From assembly GCF_030144855.1 (NCBI RefSeq), contig NC_082712.1:80724001-80788000 (forward strand): a DNA stretch of 64,000 nt, read 5' to 3'. This stretch comes from Hypanus sabinus. Its lineage: Eukaryota. A program made the position numbers and the translations under genes. Positions 36,846 to 51,380 of this stretch are shown here, one piece after another. The notes under the pieces are model-generated. The model had not been told where the DNA came from. It made no database searches and saw only the letters and a program-made list of their open reading frames with translations. The stretch's first letter is position 1; each line of letters opens with the position of its first letter.

Positions 36846-38449
36846 ATGTCAGTTCCTCTTATCCACATAGTTTATGATCCAAGAGGTCATTTGGCCCATT
36901 GTGTCTGTATCAGTCCAAAACATCCATCCAACCTCATCTCAGCACTGAATGAATGATTTCCAGAACTTTTTAAAAAATGGAAAAGGTTTCTGTCTCTTTC
37001 ACCCCCGTGTGTTCCAGAAACCTTCCCTGCAGTGTCTCACAATATTTGAGCCCATATTTCCTCTTAGAGGCGTAAGAAAAGAACCAACCAGCCATCAATC
37101 CCAGCCTCACTTATATCCCTGTAACTCAATCTCTCCACATTCACAACTCCCCCCAGATTCTTCTCTTCACTCACAACTGGCGCAAGGGGTCTGATTTATA
37201 GCATACAATTAACCCACTGAACCCACACACCATTGGAATGTGGGAGGAAGACCACACTGCTACAGGGAAAATGTACATGCTACACATGCACAGATACATG
37301 AATGCACACACATGCAGGCCCAGGCAGCGCCAGAGGGAGGGATCGAACACAGTGTCTCTGGAGCTTTGGGCAAGGGTGTCACACACTGGTCTATCATACT
37401 GCTCAATCATAAATCCAGAATGTTTTTCTATCCCCTCTACCCCATTCCAACCTATTACTCTTGCCACGCATTGATTAGAGTTCTCTTGAAAGCAACTTCT
37501 GTACTATCTACATTGTCTCCCAGTTATGATTTAGGGAATTCCCTTATATTCTTGACATTATTCTCACAACCTAGTCACAACTTTCCTCATCCCTCTTCCT
37601 ATGTTAGTTTGAATATCTGTAGAGCACTCCGCACAATACAACATCCTTTTTTTGGTTCTCCAATTTACCCAGTATAGCCCCATTCAGTAATTTTTTAGGC
37701 ATTTCCATTAAGTCCATAAAATAAAGATTAGAATTAGGTCATTTGGCCCATTGAGTCTACTCCGCTAATCTTTCAGGCCCAATCTCCTGCCTTCTTCCCA
37801 TACCTCTTCATGCCCTGATTAATCAAGAACCTATCAACCTCTGCCTTAAAATATACCCAAAGACAGCCTCCACAGCCGCCTGTCCAATGAATTCCACAGA
37901 TTCACCACTCTCTGGCTAAAGAACTTCCTCCTCGTTACTGATCTAAAGGGATATCCCTTTATTTTCTCTTGTATTTGACATTTCTACCCTGAAGAAAAAA
38001 AAAACTGACTGTTTACCCTTTCTGTGGTCTCCATCGATCAGGGTCAACCATAGATATTGTCATAAGACTGCTGGAGCAGAATTAGGCCATTCAGCCCATC
38101 AAACTTGTTCCACCATTTCATCATGGCTAATCCATTTTTCCTCTCTGCCTCAATCTCCTGCCTTCCCTTCGTACCCCTTCATGCCCTGACCCACCCACAG
38201 CACACTGTTATGGTGAGTGTTTCATCCACACCCAATGGTCCCATCTCTGAGCATCCCAAGCTGGAGGAATGGTCCCTGCACTCCCTGGGGGCCCTACCTC
38301 CCAACATTACTAATTCAGAAAATTCAGCCGGAGCCAGGGCGTGAAGTAGAGGGGGACTACTTAAAAGTTCAAAGTACATATATGACACTATATACAATCA
38401 GGAGATTCATTTTCATGCAAACATTAGCAGTAAATACAAATAAGCCATA

Positions 38450-39070
38450 GACACACAGAATTAGGCCATTTGGCCCATTGAGTCTGCTCCACCATTCCAT
38501 CATGGCTAGTCCAATTTCTTCTCAGACCCAATCTCCTGCCTGTTTCCCTTCATGCCCTGACTAATCAAGAATCTATCAACCTCTGCCTTAAATACACCCT
38601 ATGACTTGGTCTCCACAGCTGCCTGTGGTAACGAATTCCACAGATTCACCACTCTCTGGCTAAGGAAGTTTCTCATCACTGTTCTGAATAGACACCCCTC
38701 TATTTTGAGGTTGTGTCCTCTGATCCTAGACTCACCACTATAGGAAACATCCTCTTCACATCCACTTGTCATTCTTTGAAATTCCAGTGATTACAAGTCC
38801 AGAGCCTTCAACTGCTGCTTTCATTCCTGGAATTATTCTCGTGAACCTCCTCTGACCCTCTCTCCAATGTCAGAACATCCTTCTTAGATAAGGGATCACA
38901 ATACTCCCAATTAGGCCTCACCAGTGTGTCATAAAGCCTCAGCATTACATCCTTGCTTTTATGTTCCAGTTCTCTCGAAATGAAAGCTGGCATTACATTT
39001 GCCTTCCTCAACTTGCAAGTAAATCTTTAGGAAATCCTACACAAGGACTCCCAAGTCCTTTTACACCTTG
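38450..39070 (-). mobile_element. CR1 3' fragments (similar pieces at ~35690-36090 and 37720-37970)
   Basis: CR1 tail (attaggccatt...gaattccacagattcaccactctctggct) and KANVMPAFISRELEHKSKDVMLRLY. Confidence 0.7.
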
Positions 39071-39555
39071 GATTTTTGAAACACCATAGAATCAATGAAA
39101 AACTGCAAATAGGAAGGTGGACAAACAACCAATGTGCAAAAGACAACAAACTGTGCAAATACGTACAGAAACAAAAAACAAAATATTCATAAATGAGCAA
39201 TAAATATCAAGAACATGAGATGAAGAGCGTTGAAAGTGAGTCCATAGGTTGCAGGGACAGTTCTACGTTGGGGTGAGTGAAGTTATCCGCTCTGGTTAAA
39301 CTCAGTCCGCTCCATCTTGGGCACTAGCCTCCCCAGCATTCAGGACACCTTCAAGGAGCAAAGCCTCAAAAAAGTGGCATCCATCATTATGGAACTCCAT
39401 CACCTAGGACATGCCCTCTTCTCATTCCTACCACCAGGAAGGAGGTACAGAAGCCTGAAGGATTCACCTTCACCATCAGATTTCTGAATGGACAATGAAC
39501 CCTTGAATGCTGCCTCACTATTGTGTTAATTTTTACACTACTTATTTAATTTATA

Positions 39556-40996
39556 CAGTTGTAAGAAAAAGTTTGTGAATCCTTTGCAATTATCTGGTTT
39601 TCTGCATTAATTACTCATAAAATGGGGCCTGATCTTCATCTGTCATAATAGACAAACACAATCTGTCTAAACTAATGATACACAAACAATTATACTTCTC
39701 CTCGTCAATATTGAATACACCATTTAAACAATCACAGTCTAGGTTCAAAAAAGTATATAAACCTCTGGGAAACAAAAGCTACTGAGTCAGTAGCCAATCA
39801 ATGAGAGGAGATTGGAGGCATCGGTTGTAGAGGTGCCCTGCTCTAGAGATGCACGAAGCTGGAAAAGGCTACAAAAGCATTTCTAAAGACCTGAGTGTTC
39901 ATCAGTCCACAGTAAAAAAAAATTGTCTGCAAATGGAGGAAATTCAGTACTGTTGCTACTCTCCCTAGGATTGGGTGTCCTGCAAAGATCTTGCTAAGCT
40001 CAACACACAATGCTGAAGGAGTTGGAAAGGAACCCAAGTGTAATAGCAAAAGACCTGCAGAACTTCAAGAATTTGCTGAAGTCCTTGTTCACGTGTCCAC
40101 TATAAGAAAACACTGAACAAGAATGGTGGTCATGAAAGGATTCCACGAAGAAACCACTGTCCTGCAAATAAAAAACATTGCTGCATGTCTCAAGTTTGCA
40201 AAAGATCACCTGGATGATCCACTAAGCTTCTTGGACAATGTTTTGTGATGAGACAAAAGTTGAACTTTTGGCAGTAGTGCACACAGCTATGTTTGGAGGA
40301 AAATGGGCACTGCACACGAACACCAAAATCTCATCCCAGCTGAGAAGCATGGTGGAAGGAGCATCGTGGTTTGGGGTTGCTTTACTGCCTCAGGGCCTGA
40401 ACAGCTTGCAGTTGTTGAGGGAACAATTAATTCAAAATTGTATCAAGACATTTCACAGGAAAATGTCAGGGTAGCAGTCCATCACCTGAAGTTCAAAAGA
40501 AGTTGGATGATGCAACAATGCACCAAAACACAAGAGAAAATTAGCAACAAAATGGTTTAAAAATAAGAAAATTCATGTTTCGGAATGGCCAAGTCCAAGT
40601 CCAGACCTTAACCGAATTGAGATGCTGTGGCATGACCTGAAGAGGGCTGCTCATGCAAGATATCCCAGAAAAAGTGATGAACTGAAAGTTTTGTATGGAG
40701 AAATGGGCTAAAATTCCTCCTTGCTGTTGTGCAAATCTGATCAGCAGTTACAAAAAACATTTGGTAGAGATACTGTTGCTAAATAAGATGCTACAAGTTA
40801 TTAACATACTTTTTTCAGCCTGTACTGTGAATGATTAAATGTGTTCAATTAAGACACAAGAAGTATAATTGTTTGTGTGTTATTAGTTTAGGCAGATGAT
40901 GGTTGTCTATTATTATGACTTCAATGAAGATCAGACCACATTTTATGAGTAATTAATGCAGAAAACCAGGTAAGGGTTCGCAAACTTTTTCTTACA
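39556..40996 (+). mobile_element. Tc1-family DNA transposon, degenerate, long inverted repeats
   Basis: TA|cagttgtaagaaaaagtttg...caaactttttcttaca with ~200-bp imperfect TIRs. Transposase remnants GKGYKSISK, CDETKVEL, KHGGRSIVVWGCF, WPSPSPDLNRIEMLW. Confidence 0.9.
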
Positions 40997-41000
40997 TATA

Positions 41001-41770
41001 TGAAATGCCCTGGTTAAGATTTATACTGCTATGCTGTGAGGTATTTTTATTTTTAGCAGTTTCTGCAAAAGCAGTGTGTCCTGTTAGTAATAATATTTTG
41101 GCTTCAGCTAAAGATAAGGAGCCATGATGTCCAACTTAGGAAAGCCGTGTCAGCCAACTGTAACTTTCTGCCCAATGGAAGGCTCAGGATAGCTGGGCAG
41201 GTTCAGATTTCTGAAGGACATTAGTCTGATCCGGGGTCTTTCAGCAGGAGAAGATGTCACTGAATGCCATTTGAAGAAGAGACCTCGCTGTAAGAAGCGC
41301 TTTGTGCAGATAAACGGCTCCAAGTAGGAAGGGCAATACTCCTGAGAGAGCCAGTTCATTCGAGATGGTTTTTGATGGAGGTTCCAACTGTGGCTGCTGT
41401 CCTTCACGCAGAATGTGGGTTTAGTGCACGAGTAATGTGATATACCCATCTACTCCAGAAATGAGCTCCAACGTTTCTATGCACATTGGTTTAACTCCAA
41501 TGGGTCCTTTTACTTTTCTTTCCTTTTATGATCTGTTAATTTCCTGGTAAAAGGTAACTTAGCATGGAGCAGTATTTATACAGCATTCTCTATAATTGAT
41601 GTCCCTTAATTGGAACATCCCAACTTTCCCGTTTGGTTGAACCCCAAATCAAGCTGACAGTTGACGTGTACTGCTTATGAAAGATGGCCTTCTCACCACT
41701 GAGTCACATGGCTGTTAGAAGAGTTAACTAATGAGCCAGGTTTATATACGGGCCCAGTGAGAGGGTTACA
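41001..41770. mobile_element. Probable solo LTR
   Basis: 770-bp non-coding block with termini TGaaatgccct...agagggttaCA, flanked by catata/catatt. Confidence 0.4.
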
Positions 41771-42599
41771 CATATTAAACCCCACTCTGATTCTGGTTCA
41801 AGACACTAATGGTTAAAGGTAATAACATTCCTGGTGTGGGTCTTCTACTCTCCTGTATACCATCAATGCCCACATTACTTGGGCATCTACATAAACTTGT
41901 GAAACCTGTGGGTTAGGTGGGCAGTTTCTGGGCATTGTTGGTATCAAGAAGGGGGACCCAAAATTCACCAGTCGCATACGTCCTGGATATAAATCTCTCC
42001 AATAATTTGTGGTGGTCTAGCCTTGGGTATCCTCCAAGAGGATACCTTGTTGTGGTTTGGAGGCTTGTGTGCCTCAATGACCCAGAAAGCTATGTAAGCT
42101 GGAGTCAGGGCTTTATGCTTTGGCTCTTTGTAGAAAAGAGACAAACATCTATGACAAGCAGGTTAAAGGGCAAAGCCAGGCCAAGTCCACTGATCCTCCA
42201 GGTTCGGGGGTTCTGCTCATGGTTAACAACCCTGACTGGTAAAACAAAATTCTACATAAACAGCAATGAAGAATCTTTCTACATCTGAGTGTGATGGTAT
42301 TCTTGAATCTTCACCCAGGACTTGGAAGACTGACAGTAGTTAAAACTGAGAGAAAGCTACTGACGTGATGAAGAAAGCCCTGAACACCACCAAAGATGAG
42401 GACCTTCATTGCTGCCCTAAATGGTAGCAGTGTAACAGGCTGTAAATAAGAACCCATAGTGATGAAATGACCAAGAAAGTACTACAATGACTACTTGCAC
42501 AGAAAGCTAAGGAAAATTGGCAAGGATCTAATAACCCTCACCATTTTGTTTAACAGATGTGTCATAGACAACATTCTAGCTAGATAAATCATGGATACC

Positions 42600-44165
42600 A
42601 TGAAGCAGCTACTCAGATGATTACAGAGGGCAGAGAGTTGGGGAGATAGCCCAATCTATCATGGACACCAGCTCCCCTTCCACTGCCTCCGTCTACACTT
42701 CCCTCTGCCATGGGAAAGCAGTTGACATCATCCATCAGAGATCCCCACCACTCAGGCCATGCTCTCTTCTCGCTGCTGCCATCAGGTAGAAGGTACAAGA
42801 GCCTTTAGACTCACACCGCCAGGTTTAAGAACAGTTATTACCCGTCAACTACACTCACTTGCCCATCCAACGAGATGTTTCTACAACTAATGATATCACT
42901 TTTGGGACTCTTTATCTTGTTATCTCATGTTCTAGTTATTTATTTATGTTTGCACTTACAGTTTGTTGTCTTCTGCACTCTGGTTGAGCTTTCACTGGTG
43001 CTGTTATTATTACTATTCCACAGATTTGCTGAGTATACCCATAGGGAAATGAATCTCAGGATTGTATATGGTGACTTTGATAATAAATTTCCTTTGAACT
43101 TGACATAATGAAGGACCCTTCCCACACCAATCATGCTCTCTTCATCCTTCTTCCATCAGACACAAAAGACAGAAGCTTGAGGGCACATAGCACCAAGTAC
43201 CTATGCCACTGTTATCAGATTCTGGTGAAAAATATGGACTCCCGATCTCCCAACCTAACTCATTGTGGCCGCTGCACTCTATTTGTCTGCAATGCACACA
43301 CTATTCTGCATCTCATATTACTATCTCATTGGACTTCTGTATGTAATGAATTGTCTGGATGGCACAGAAACAATGAACAGACTTTTCCCCATGGTACAGG
43401 AATCAAGAACTTGAGGGCACAGATTTAAGTTGAGAGGGGAGAGATTTGAAAGGAACCCGAGGGGCAACCTCTTTACAGAGAGAGTGATCAGTGGACCTGT
43501 CCTGGGCCCAGCATTCAAGCACAATTATGAAGAAAGCACAACAGCACCTCTACTTCCTTAGGAGTTTGCAGTGATTTGGCATGGCATCCAAAACTATGAC
43601 AACCTCCTATAGATGTGCAGCAGAGAGAAACACCAATGCCTATGAATGGCCACAAGTAGCAGGTATGACCCAGTCCATAATGAGTAAAGCCCTCTCCGCC
43701 ATTAAGCACATCTACACGAAGCATTGTCACAGGAAAGCAGCATCCATCATCAGGAACTCCCACCACCCAGGACATGCTCTCTTCTTACAGTCGCCATCGG
43801 GAAGGTGGTACAGGAGCCTCAGAAGTCACATTGCTGGGTTCAGGAAGTTATTAATGCATTGCAGTCAGGCTCTTGAACCAGAAGGGACAACTTCACTTGC
43901 CCCATTACTGAACTGTTCTCAAACCTATGGACTCACTTTCAAGGACTCCTCACCTCATGTTGTCAATATTTATTGCTTATTTATTTATATTTTTGTCTTC
44001 TGCACTCTGGTTGAACATCCTAGTTGTACAGTTTCTGTTATAGTTACTATTCTGATTCTGTTATAGTTACTATTTCATAGATTTGTTGAGGATGTCCACA
44101 AGAAAATGAATCTCATGTATAGTGACATACATGTACTTTGATAATAAAATTTACTTTCAACTTTT
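42600..44165 (+). mobile_element. Cluster of Rex1/Babar-like 3' fragments
   Basis: RKAASIIRNSHHPGHALF...PSGRWYRSL; tails ending gataataaa...tttgaacttg. Confidence 0.7.
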
Positions 44166-44214
44166 ATATACAATGAGCTGCCACAAGATGTACAATAAGA
44201 GGAAAGGTTTAGAG

Positions 44215-44274
44215 CAGGGGTTCCCAAATGCCATGGACTCCTACCATGCGGGGACCTCAGGTTAGGAGCCCCTG
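44215..44274. mobile_element. Ultra-short hAT-type MITE (60 bp)
   Basis: CAGGGGTTCCCAA...TTAGGAGCCCCTG; TSD gtttagag/ctttagag. Confidence 0.65.
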
Positions 44275-45289
44275 CTTTAGAGGAATATGGGTCAAATGTA
44301 GGCAAAGGGGACAAAATTAGGTAAAGATCTTGGTTGAGAGATGGGCCAAAGGGCCTACTCCACAGTGTTAAAGACTATGATTATGGCCCCTCTATGGACA
44401 GTCCCAAGCCCATCTGCCAGAGGAGGGTTGGGCACAGGGCGAGCAACGCATCTTGTAAAAACCCAGAGCTATAGAAATAGCAACAGGCCTCATCAAGAAT
44501 ATAGAGGAAAGGATACACAAAGAAGATGGGCTCCACCCGAGAAAAATTGAAAGACTGCCGCAGAATAGAGGACTCCAAGCTGCTGTCAGTGATTTATGAC
44601 CCAGGAGGGGTGATGGGCTTAAGAAAATGATTCCTGCAGAAACATGACAAAATGACACAAAAAGGCAGATGGGGTGATGAATTGGGATGAGGGAATGAGA
44701 GGAGACCAAGCACAATGGCTCTGCTGTTGCCATTCCCTTGTGGTGGGTCTTTGGTTGGAAAAGGGCTTTCTACCTTCTTCCTAGGCCAGCTGGTGGGGCT
44801 TACCACTGGGTAGAAACTGAACTGGAGTGCCAATGAAGTTTCAGTAGCAGGTTGGAGGAGAGGGATCCTAAAGCAAAAAGCTCAGCCCCCTAACTTGTCA
44901 AAGCCTGTCCACCATCTACAAGGCTTGTCAGTAGTGTGATGGCACACTCTCCATTTACCTGGGTGAGTGTAGCTTCAAAAATAACAAATAAACTCGACGG
45001 CATCCAGAACACAGCAACCTGGTTTTATTTGTTTAGCAATACAGTGTGGAGTACGTCTTTCTGTCTCTTTGAGTTACACTGCACCAGCAGCCCCATAACC
45101 CCAATTAATTCTAGCCTAATCACTGAACAATTTATAACAACCAATCATCTTACTCAGTTCGTCTTTGGACTGTGGGAGGGAACCGGAGCACCCACAGAAA
45201 ACTCACACATTCCATGGGGAGGACATACAGAGACTTCTTACAGATTGTCACAGCAGCGCTCGTTCAGGATACACTGCAGAACTCATCTA

Positions 45290-47735
45290 GTAAGGCTTTA
45301 TCGGTGTAACTGAGAAATAAGAAATGTATGACCATGTTAATGGGGCTATATTATAAACTACCCAACACTCCGTGGGATTTAAAGGAACACATTTGTAGAG
45401 ATCGCAGACCGTTGCAAGAAACAGGCAGTTTATAGTGGGTGATTTTAACTTTCCACATATTGACTGAAACCCCCTTACTGTAAAAGGACTTGATGTGATT
45501 GAGTTTGTCAAATGTGTTTAGGAAAGTATCCTTACTCAATACAAAGAAGTCCCAACTTGGAAGAGTGCAATACTACTTGATCTCCTTTTAGGGAAGGTGA
45601 AGTGTAGATGACAGAAGTTTATGTAGGGAAACACTTTACATCTAGTGAACACAATGTCATTAGTTTCAAGGTAATTATGGAAAAAGGGTTGAGATTCTAA
45701 ATTCGATTTTTGATAGTATCAGAAAGGATCTGGCAAATGTGGATTGGGACAGGCTGTTTTCTGGCAAAGGTGTACTTGGCAAGTGGGAGACCTTCAAAAA
45801 TTACATTTTGAGAGTACAGAACTTGTCTGTGCCTGTCAGAATAAAAGGTAAAGACTACAGGTGTGGGGAACCTTGGCTTTCAAGACACTTTGAGGCCCTG
45901 GTTAAAAAAAGAGGTGCACAGCAGGTATAGGCAGGTAGGAACAAATGAGGTACTTGTGGAGTGTAAGAAATACAAGAGGGAACATTTAAGAAAAACATTC
46001 AGGGGAGCTAAATGAAGGCATGATGTTGCCCTAGCAAACAAGGTGAAGGAGAATCTTAAGAGATTCCAAAGATATGTTAACAGCAAAAGGTTTGTAAGGG
46101 TCCTCTGGAAGATCAGAATGGTCACCTATGCATGGAGGTAAAAGAGATGGGGAAGACCTTACATGGATTTTTCCCCTCTACATTTACTCAGGAGACAGAC
46201 ACAGAAGTGCGGCAAAGTACAGTGAAGTCATGAAACCTAAACAGATTACAGAGGAGATGTTTACTGTCTTGGGGCAAATTTGGGGAGATAAATCCCAAGG
46301 GCTTGACAAGGTGTTCCCTCAGTCCCTGTGGAAAGCAAGTGCAAAAATTTCCGGGGCCCTAGCTGAGATATTTAGATCCTTAGTGACAGGTGACGTACTA
46401 CAGGATAGGAGGATAGCTAATATTGTTCCGCTGTTTAAGAAAGGCTCTAAAAGTAAACCAGGAAATTATAGGCTGGTGACCTTGACATCAGTGGGAACGT
46501 TACTGGATAGTATTCTAAGGGACTGGATAAGTGAGTATTTGAATAAACAGGGATTGATTAGGGATAGTCAGCATGGCAGCTCATGTCTAACCAATCTTAT
46601 AGTTTTTTGAGAAAGTTACCAGGAAAGTTGATGAGGCCAAGGCAGTGGATGTTGCTTACATGGACTTTAGCAAGGCATTTGACAAGGTCCTACATGGGAG
46701 GTTGGCCAAGAAGGTTCAGCTACTTGGCATTGAAGATGAGGTAGTAAATTGGATTAGATGTTGGCTTTGTAGGAGATGCCAGAGAGTGGGTAGTAGATAG
46801 TTGCCCCTCTGACTGGAGGTTTGTGACTTGTGGAGTGTTGCAGGGATTGCTGTTTGTCATCTATAATCAATAAACATAGAGGAGAACGTGGATCAGCAAA
46901 GTTGCGGATGACAGAGGACAGTGAGAAAGACTATCAGAGCTTGCAGCAGGATCTGGACCAACTTGAAAAATGGGTAAAAAAAATAGCAGATGGAATTTAA
47001 GGCAGCTAAGTGCAAGGAATGTAATTCTGTAGATCAAACAGGGTCAGAGAATGGTAGAGCACTGAGAAGTGTGGTGGAACAAAAGGAACTGGGAATTCAT
47101 TGAAAGTGGCAGCACAAGTAGATAGGATTATAAAGTTTTGGGCACACTGGCCATCACAAATCCAAGTACTGAGTAAGGGTGATGGAATGTTATGTCGAAG
47201 TTGTATGAGATGCTGGTGAGGCCTAATTTGGAGTATTGTGTGCAGTTTTGGTCACCAACCTACAGGAGAGATGTAAGTAAGTTTGAAAGAATACAGAGAA
47301 TTTACAGGAAGTGTTGCCGGGACTAGAGAACCTGGATTATAAGGAAAGAATGCATCGGTTAGGACTTCATTGCTTGAAGATTGAGGGGAGATTTGATAGA
47401 AGTGAATTATAAGGGTAAGTCCAAGCAGGCTTTTTCCACTGAGGTTGAGTGGCATTACAGAGGTCATGGGTTAAGGGTAAAAGGTGAAATATTTAAGGGG
47501 AAAAATGAGGGGAAACTTCTCTCAGAGGGTGGTGAGAGTGAGGAATGAGCTGCCAGCGCAAGTGGTGAGCTCGATTTCAATGTTTAAGAAAAGTTTTGGT
47601 AGGTACATTGGTATGGAGGGCATTGGTCCCGGTGCAGGTCGATGGCAGTAGGCAGTTGAAATGGTTCGGCTCTGACTAGATGGGCAGAGCAGCCTATTTC
47701 TGTGCTGTACTTTTCTATGACTTTATGACTCTATA
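45290..47735 (+). mobile_element. Degenerate CR1 ORF2 (APE through 3' tail)
   Basis: GDFNFPHID, NIVPLFKKGSKSKPGNYRLVTLTS, YMDFSKAFDKV; tail ttttctatgactttatgactctat. Confidence 0.88.
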
Positions 47736-48794
47736 AACAGTACCATAATTGAACTTTGAACTCTGGAACATCCTGTGCTGTAATAGTGACACCCTAACTG
47801 CTATACTACGTGGATGGATTGATGGACAAACACATCCATGGTTGTTCACTCCATCACTGGCTTCAACAATGCACAAGAAGCTTAACACCATCTAGGACAA
47901 AGCACCTCACTCAACAGGCACCCCATCTACAACCACTCACTCACTCCACCACTGCACACAGTAGCAGTAGTGTGAAACATCTACAGACTGTACCACTGCA
48001 ACTCACCGACTCCTTAGACAACACCTTCCAAACCCACCTTGACCAGGAGGAACGAGAGGACAGCAAAGGTAATGGCGAAAAACAACATCTGGAAGTTGTC
48101 CTCCAAGCCACACACCATCCTGACAACATCATTCCTTCATCATCACACGGTCAAAGCCCTGGAACTCCCCCCCCCCCCACCCCGACAGCACTGTGGGTGT
48201 AACCCACACCTCAAGGAGTATAGCAGTTCAAGAAGGCGGCTCAACACCACCTTGTCAAGCTGCAAGCTCATCGCCCTCCTATGTATATAAATTACAAACT
48301 GGAAAACGCTCAGACCTTGTAAGTGTTCAAGATTTTAACAACAGGAAATTGGGGTCTGTCACCCAGGGGTTTCTGTAGATTGGGTAGATGGATGGGTAAG
48401 TGAGTTAGTGGACTCCTGAGGTAGGAGAAGGGAGGGAGGCACTGTAAGGCTGTGGGATGCAGGCCGTGGGGAGAGGGAAGTGTCTAGGCTAATAAAACCT
48501 CCTGGCTACAGTCAACGCCAAGTCTAACCCAGCCTGCACAAACCTCTCCCCATGCCTGTACAAAGGCTATCCCCTAACTTATATATTTCTTTATGGACTT
48601 TGTTCCCAAAATGATCACACCTTACCCACCCCAACCCATAAATTGACAAAGCTATGTCTGGGAGAAAGCACAGGACATGGGTGTAAGGTGAGTGGGCAAA
48701 GATCTTAAAGTGGACTTGAGGGGGAACTTTTTAAACACAGAAGATGGTGGATCTATGGAATGAGCTGCTAGAAAAAGTAACACTATAGAAAAGA

Positions 48795-49140
48795 CTGGGT
48801 GGAGGGGTGGAGGTGCAAGGCACTCATTCTGTCTGCTAACTTGCAGGTTACCCTTGGACAAGGTGTAGCACCTGCTTAACTCTCTCCCACCCCAATGAGA
48901 GTCACGTGGAGCAGGTGGTGGATAGTCGTATGAGCAGCTGATGCATATCACAAGTACTGGTTCTGCGACCACTGATGCCTGGCAGACAATCTCTTGAAGA
49001 ATATTGACAATGGCTGGGGTCTTGTAGAAACTGGCCAGAAGGCAATGGCAAACCACTTCTGTAGAAAAAGTTGCCAAGAAAATCATGATCATCAAAAGAC
49101 CATGACTGCCCACATCATACGATACGGTACATAACGAAGG
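48795..49140 (+). mobile_element. RTE/BovB-type SINE (copies at ~55030-55425 + and ~57990-58110 -)
   Basis: Colinear copies containing gaaggcaatggcaaaccact; (gat)n tail at ~55405. Confidence 0.6.
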
Positions 49141-49954
49141 AATAGTAAAGACACGTAGCTGAGTGAAAGAAGACTTGCAAGAATGCCTCCAGTATTCAAG
49201 GGCCTGAGCTACAAACAGGTTATGCAGACTAGGATTTTATTCCTTGCAGTTTGGGTGACCTTACAAAGGTGTATAAAATCATGAGGGTCTTGATTTTCCC
49301 CAAGTCTTTTCCTCAAGGAAGGATTTTAGAGGGCAAAGGCAAGAAGAGGGGGAAAGTTTTAAGAGGGACCTAAGGAGCAACTTCACACAGAGGGTTACCC
49401 ACAAAATGCTGGAGGAACTCAGCAGGTCAAGCAGCATCTATGGAAAAGAGTAAACAGTAAATATTTCGGGCCAAGACCCTTCTCCAGAACTGAGAAGGGG
49501 GAAGATTCCAGAATAAAGAGGTGAGGGGAAGGAGAAAGAGGCTAGCTGGAAAGTGATAATTGAAGCCATGTGGATAGGAAAGGTAAAGGGATGGAGAAGA
49601 ATCTGTTAGGAGAGGAGAGTGGACCATAGGAAAAATGGAGGAAGGAGGGGACCCAGGGAGTGTAATATACAGGTGAGAAGTGAAAGATCAGAAAGGGGAA
49701 TAGAGGAAGGGATGAGGGGAGGGGGAAATTTGTTCACCAGAGGACTAAAGGGTGAATGCAATCTTTTGGAAGGGGACTTTAAAGTAGAGGACAAAAGGTT
49801 TAAGATGAGAAGAGGGGGAAGTTTAAAAAAGGAACTGAGGGGTAACTTCACAGAGGGTGGTTGGCATATGAAACAAGGAAGTGTCTGACCAAGATTTGTT
49901 ATTTATTTAGGTAAGCCCATCCTTGATATTGAATGAATGAAATTGCCCTTTGAC

Positions 49955-50150
49955 TCACGAGAGAGCATAGGCCATCAGCTTTTTGCTGTTGACGTTTCTG
50001 TAGCAGGCAATTTCTTCTTTATGATGTTGAGTTGCTAGCTCAGCGCTCAACCCAGCACGGATGGAAAGTGTGCACGGAAGCCGGCTGGATTCGAACTCGG
50101 GACCTTCCACCCCAAAGTCCAGTGCTGATACCATTACACCACCAGCTGGC
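49955..50150 (-). mobile_element. tRNA-derived SINE
   Basis: Minus strand has A box tggtgtaatgg and B box gagttcgaatcc followed by a non-tRNA body. Confidence 0.65.
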
Positions 50151-50799
50151 CGATCCCTGATTTTAACCTAGCTTAATCATGGGACAATTTACAATGGCTA
50201 ATTAACAGTCTTTGGACCATGGGAGGAAACCAGAGCAGCAGGTGGAAACCCACACAGTAAATGGAGAGTACGTACAAACTCCTTACAGGCAGCAGCAGGA
50301 ATTGAACCCAGGTCACCAGTACTGTGAAGAGTTGCGCTATGCTACCACACTGTCCTTAATGTCAGCGATGGATGACCAAATGGCACTGACATTTGGCCCA
50401 CATCCTTCTAAACCTTCAGCAGTCACATACCTGCCCATGTGTTTTAAGGGTTGCCACTGTACTTGCCTCAGACACTTGGGCAGGTTCGTGGATAGGAGAC
50501 ACGTGGGCCAAACACACAGGTAAGTGGGATTTGCTCTGCTGGCAAGTGAAGGGGCTGTATGAACCCAAAAAGAAAGCAGCCCCCAATTTTGAGCAGCAGA
50601 CAGACATCACCCACCCCACATCCCATGACATCCAGACAGGGGACGGAGAGGTGGGGAGGGAAGGGGGCAAAAGATCCCAACCAGCCAGAGGAATAAGCTG
50701 TCACAAATTCTGCAGCAAACGTCTACAAGTGAAAACAAGCAAGGCAGCCTCCCTCCTCCACCCCATCCCCTTCCTTTCGAGAAGATAGGAATTCCTTAC

Positions 50800-51380
50800 C
50801 TCGCGGACACCCTCCTTTTCAAGCCACACTCGGGGGATCTCACTGACCTTCGGACATTCATCCACTCCTTATTGTCCAAGATGCAGATCCTTTATCTTCA
50901 CAGATGAAAGAGGCCTCCTCCACGTCCACCCACCACCGCTGTTCAACAAATTATAATAATAAAATATATAAACAGGCGCCTTTCTGCCCCAAGGTGGGGG
51001 GGGGGGGGGGGGAGTTGGTTGGTTCACCTTAAAATGAGGTATGAATCATTCTTGTTATCTCCAGTCGTTTCAATGGCAGAACATTTTGTTTTTTTCGCCA
51101 TCAGTCTATTCCCCTCCTCCTTTATCTTATTTCTTCGGCAGCGGCTGTTGTTGTCTGTCACTTCTCTCGGCCGCTTTTCCTCCAGAGATGCTCGCTTTTA
51201 TTTCTTGTCGAAGGAATCCGCAGAGACCGCGGTAAAGGTTCCTCCTCACGGACCGGGTCGAGCCGCTTCGGCCCGTCCGTCCTGGGCCGCCCGCGTCCTG
51301 AGGCGAATCGACGCTTTCCTGCCTTCTGTGGTGAGTGTGGAACACAGAGCGAGAGTAGAGCGGCTGGAAGTGAACACGCT
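50800..51380 (-). other. nyap1: Candidate 5' non-coding exon of nyap1 (TATA-proximal)
   Basis: Non-repeat sequence downstream of TATAAAA ending in strong donor GAG|gtaagg at 50800. The 5' end is inferred from TATA spacing only. Confidence 0.5.

Noticed and set aside
50075-50150. tRNA gene
   Set aside because: A and B boxes are present but there is no clean cloverleaf, and it continues into a SINE body.
50995-51012. Long poly-G runs (also 21668-21688, ~32817-32831)
   Set aside because: Common homopolymers in this sequence with lengths prone to sequencing error; no specific function supportable.
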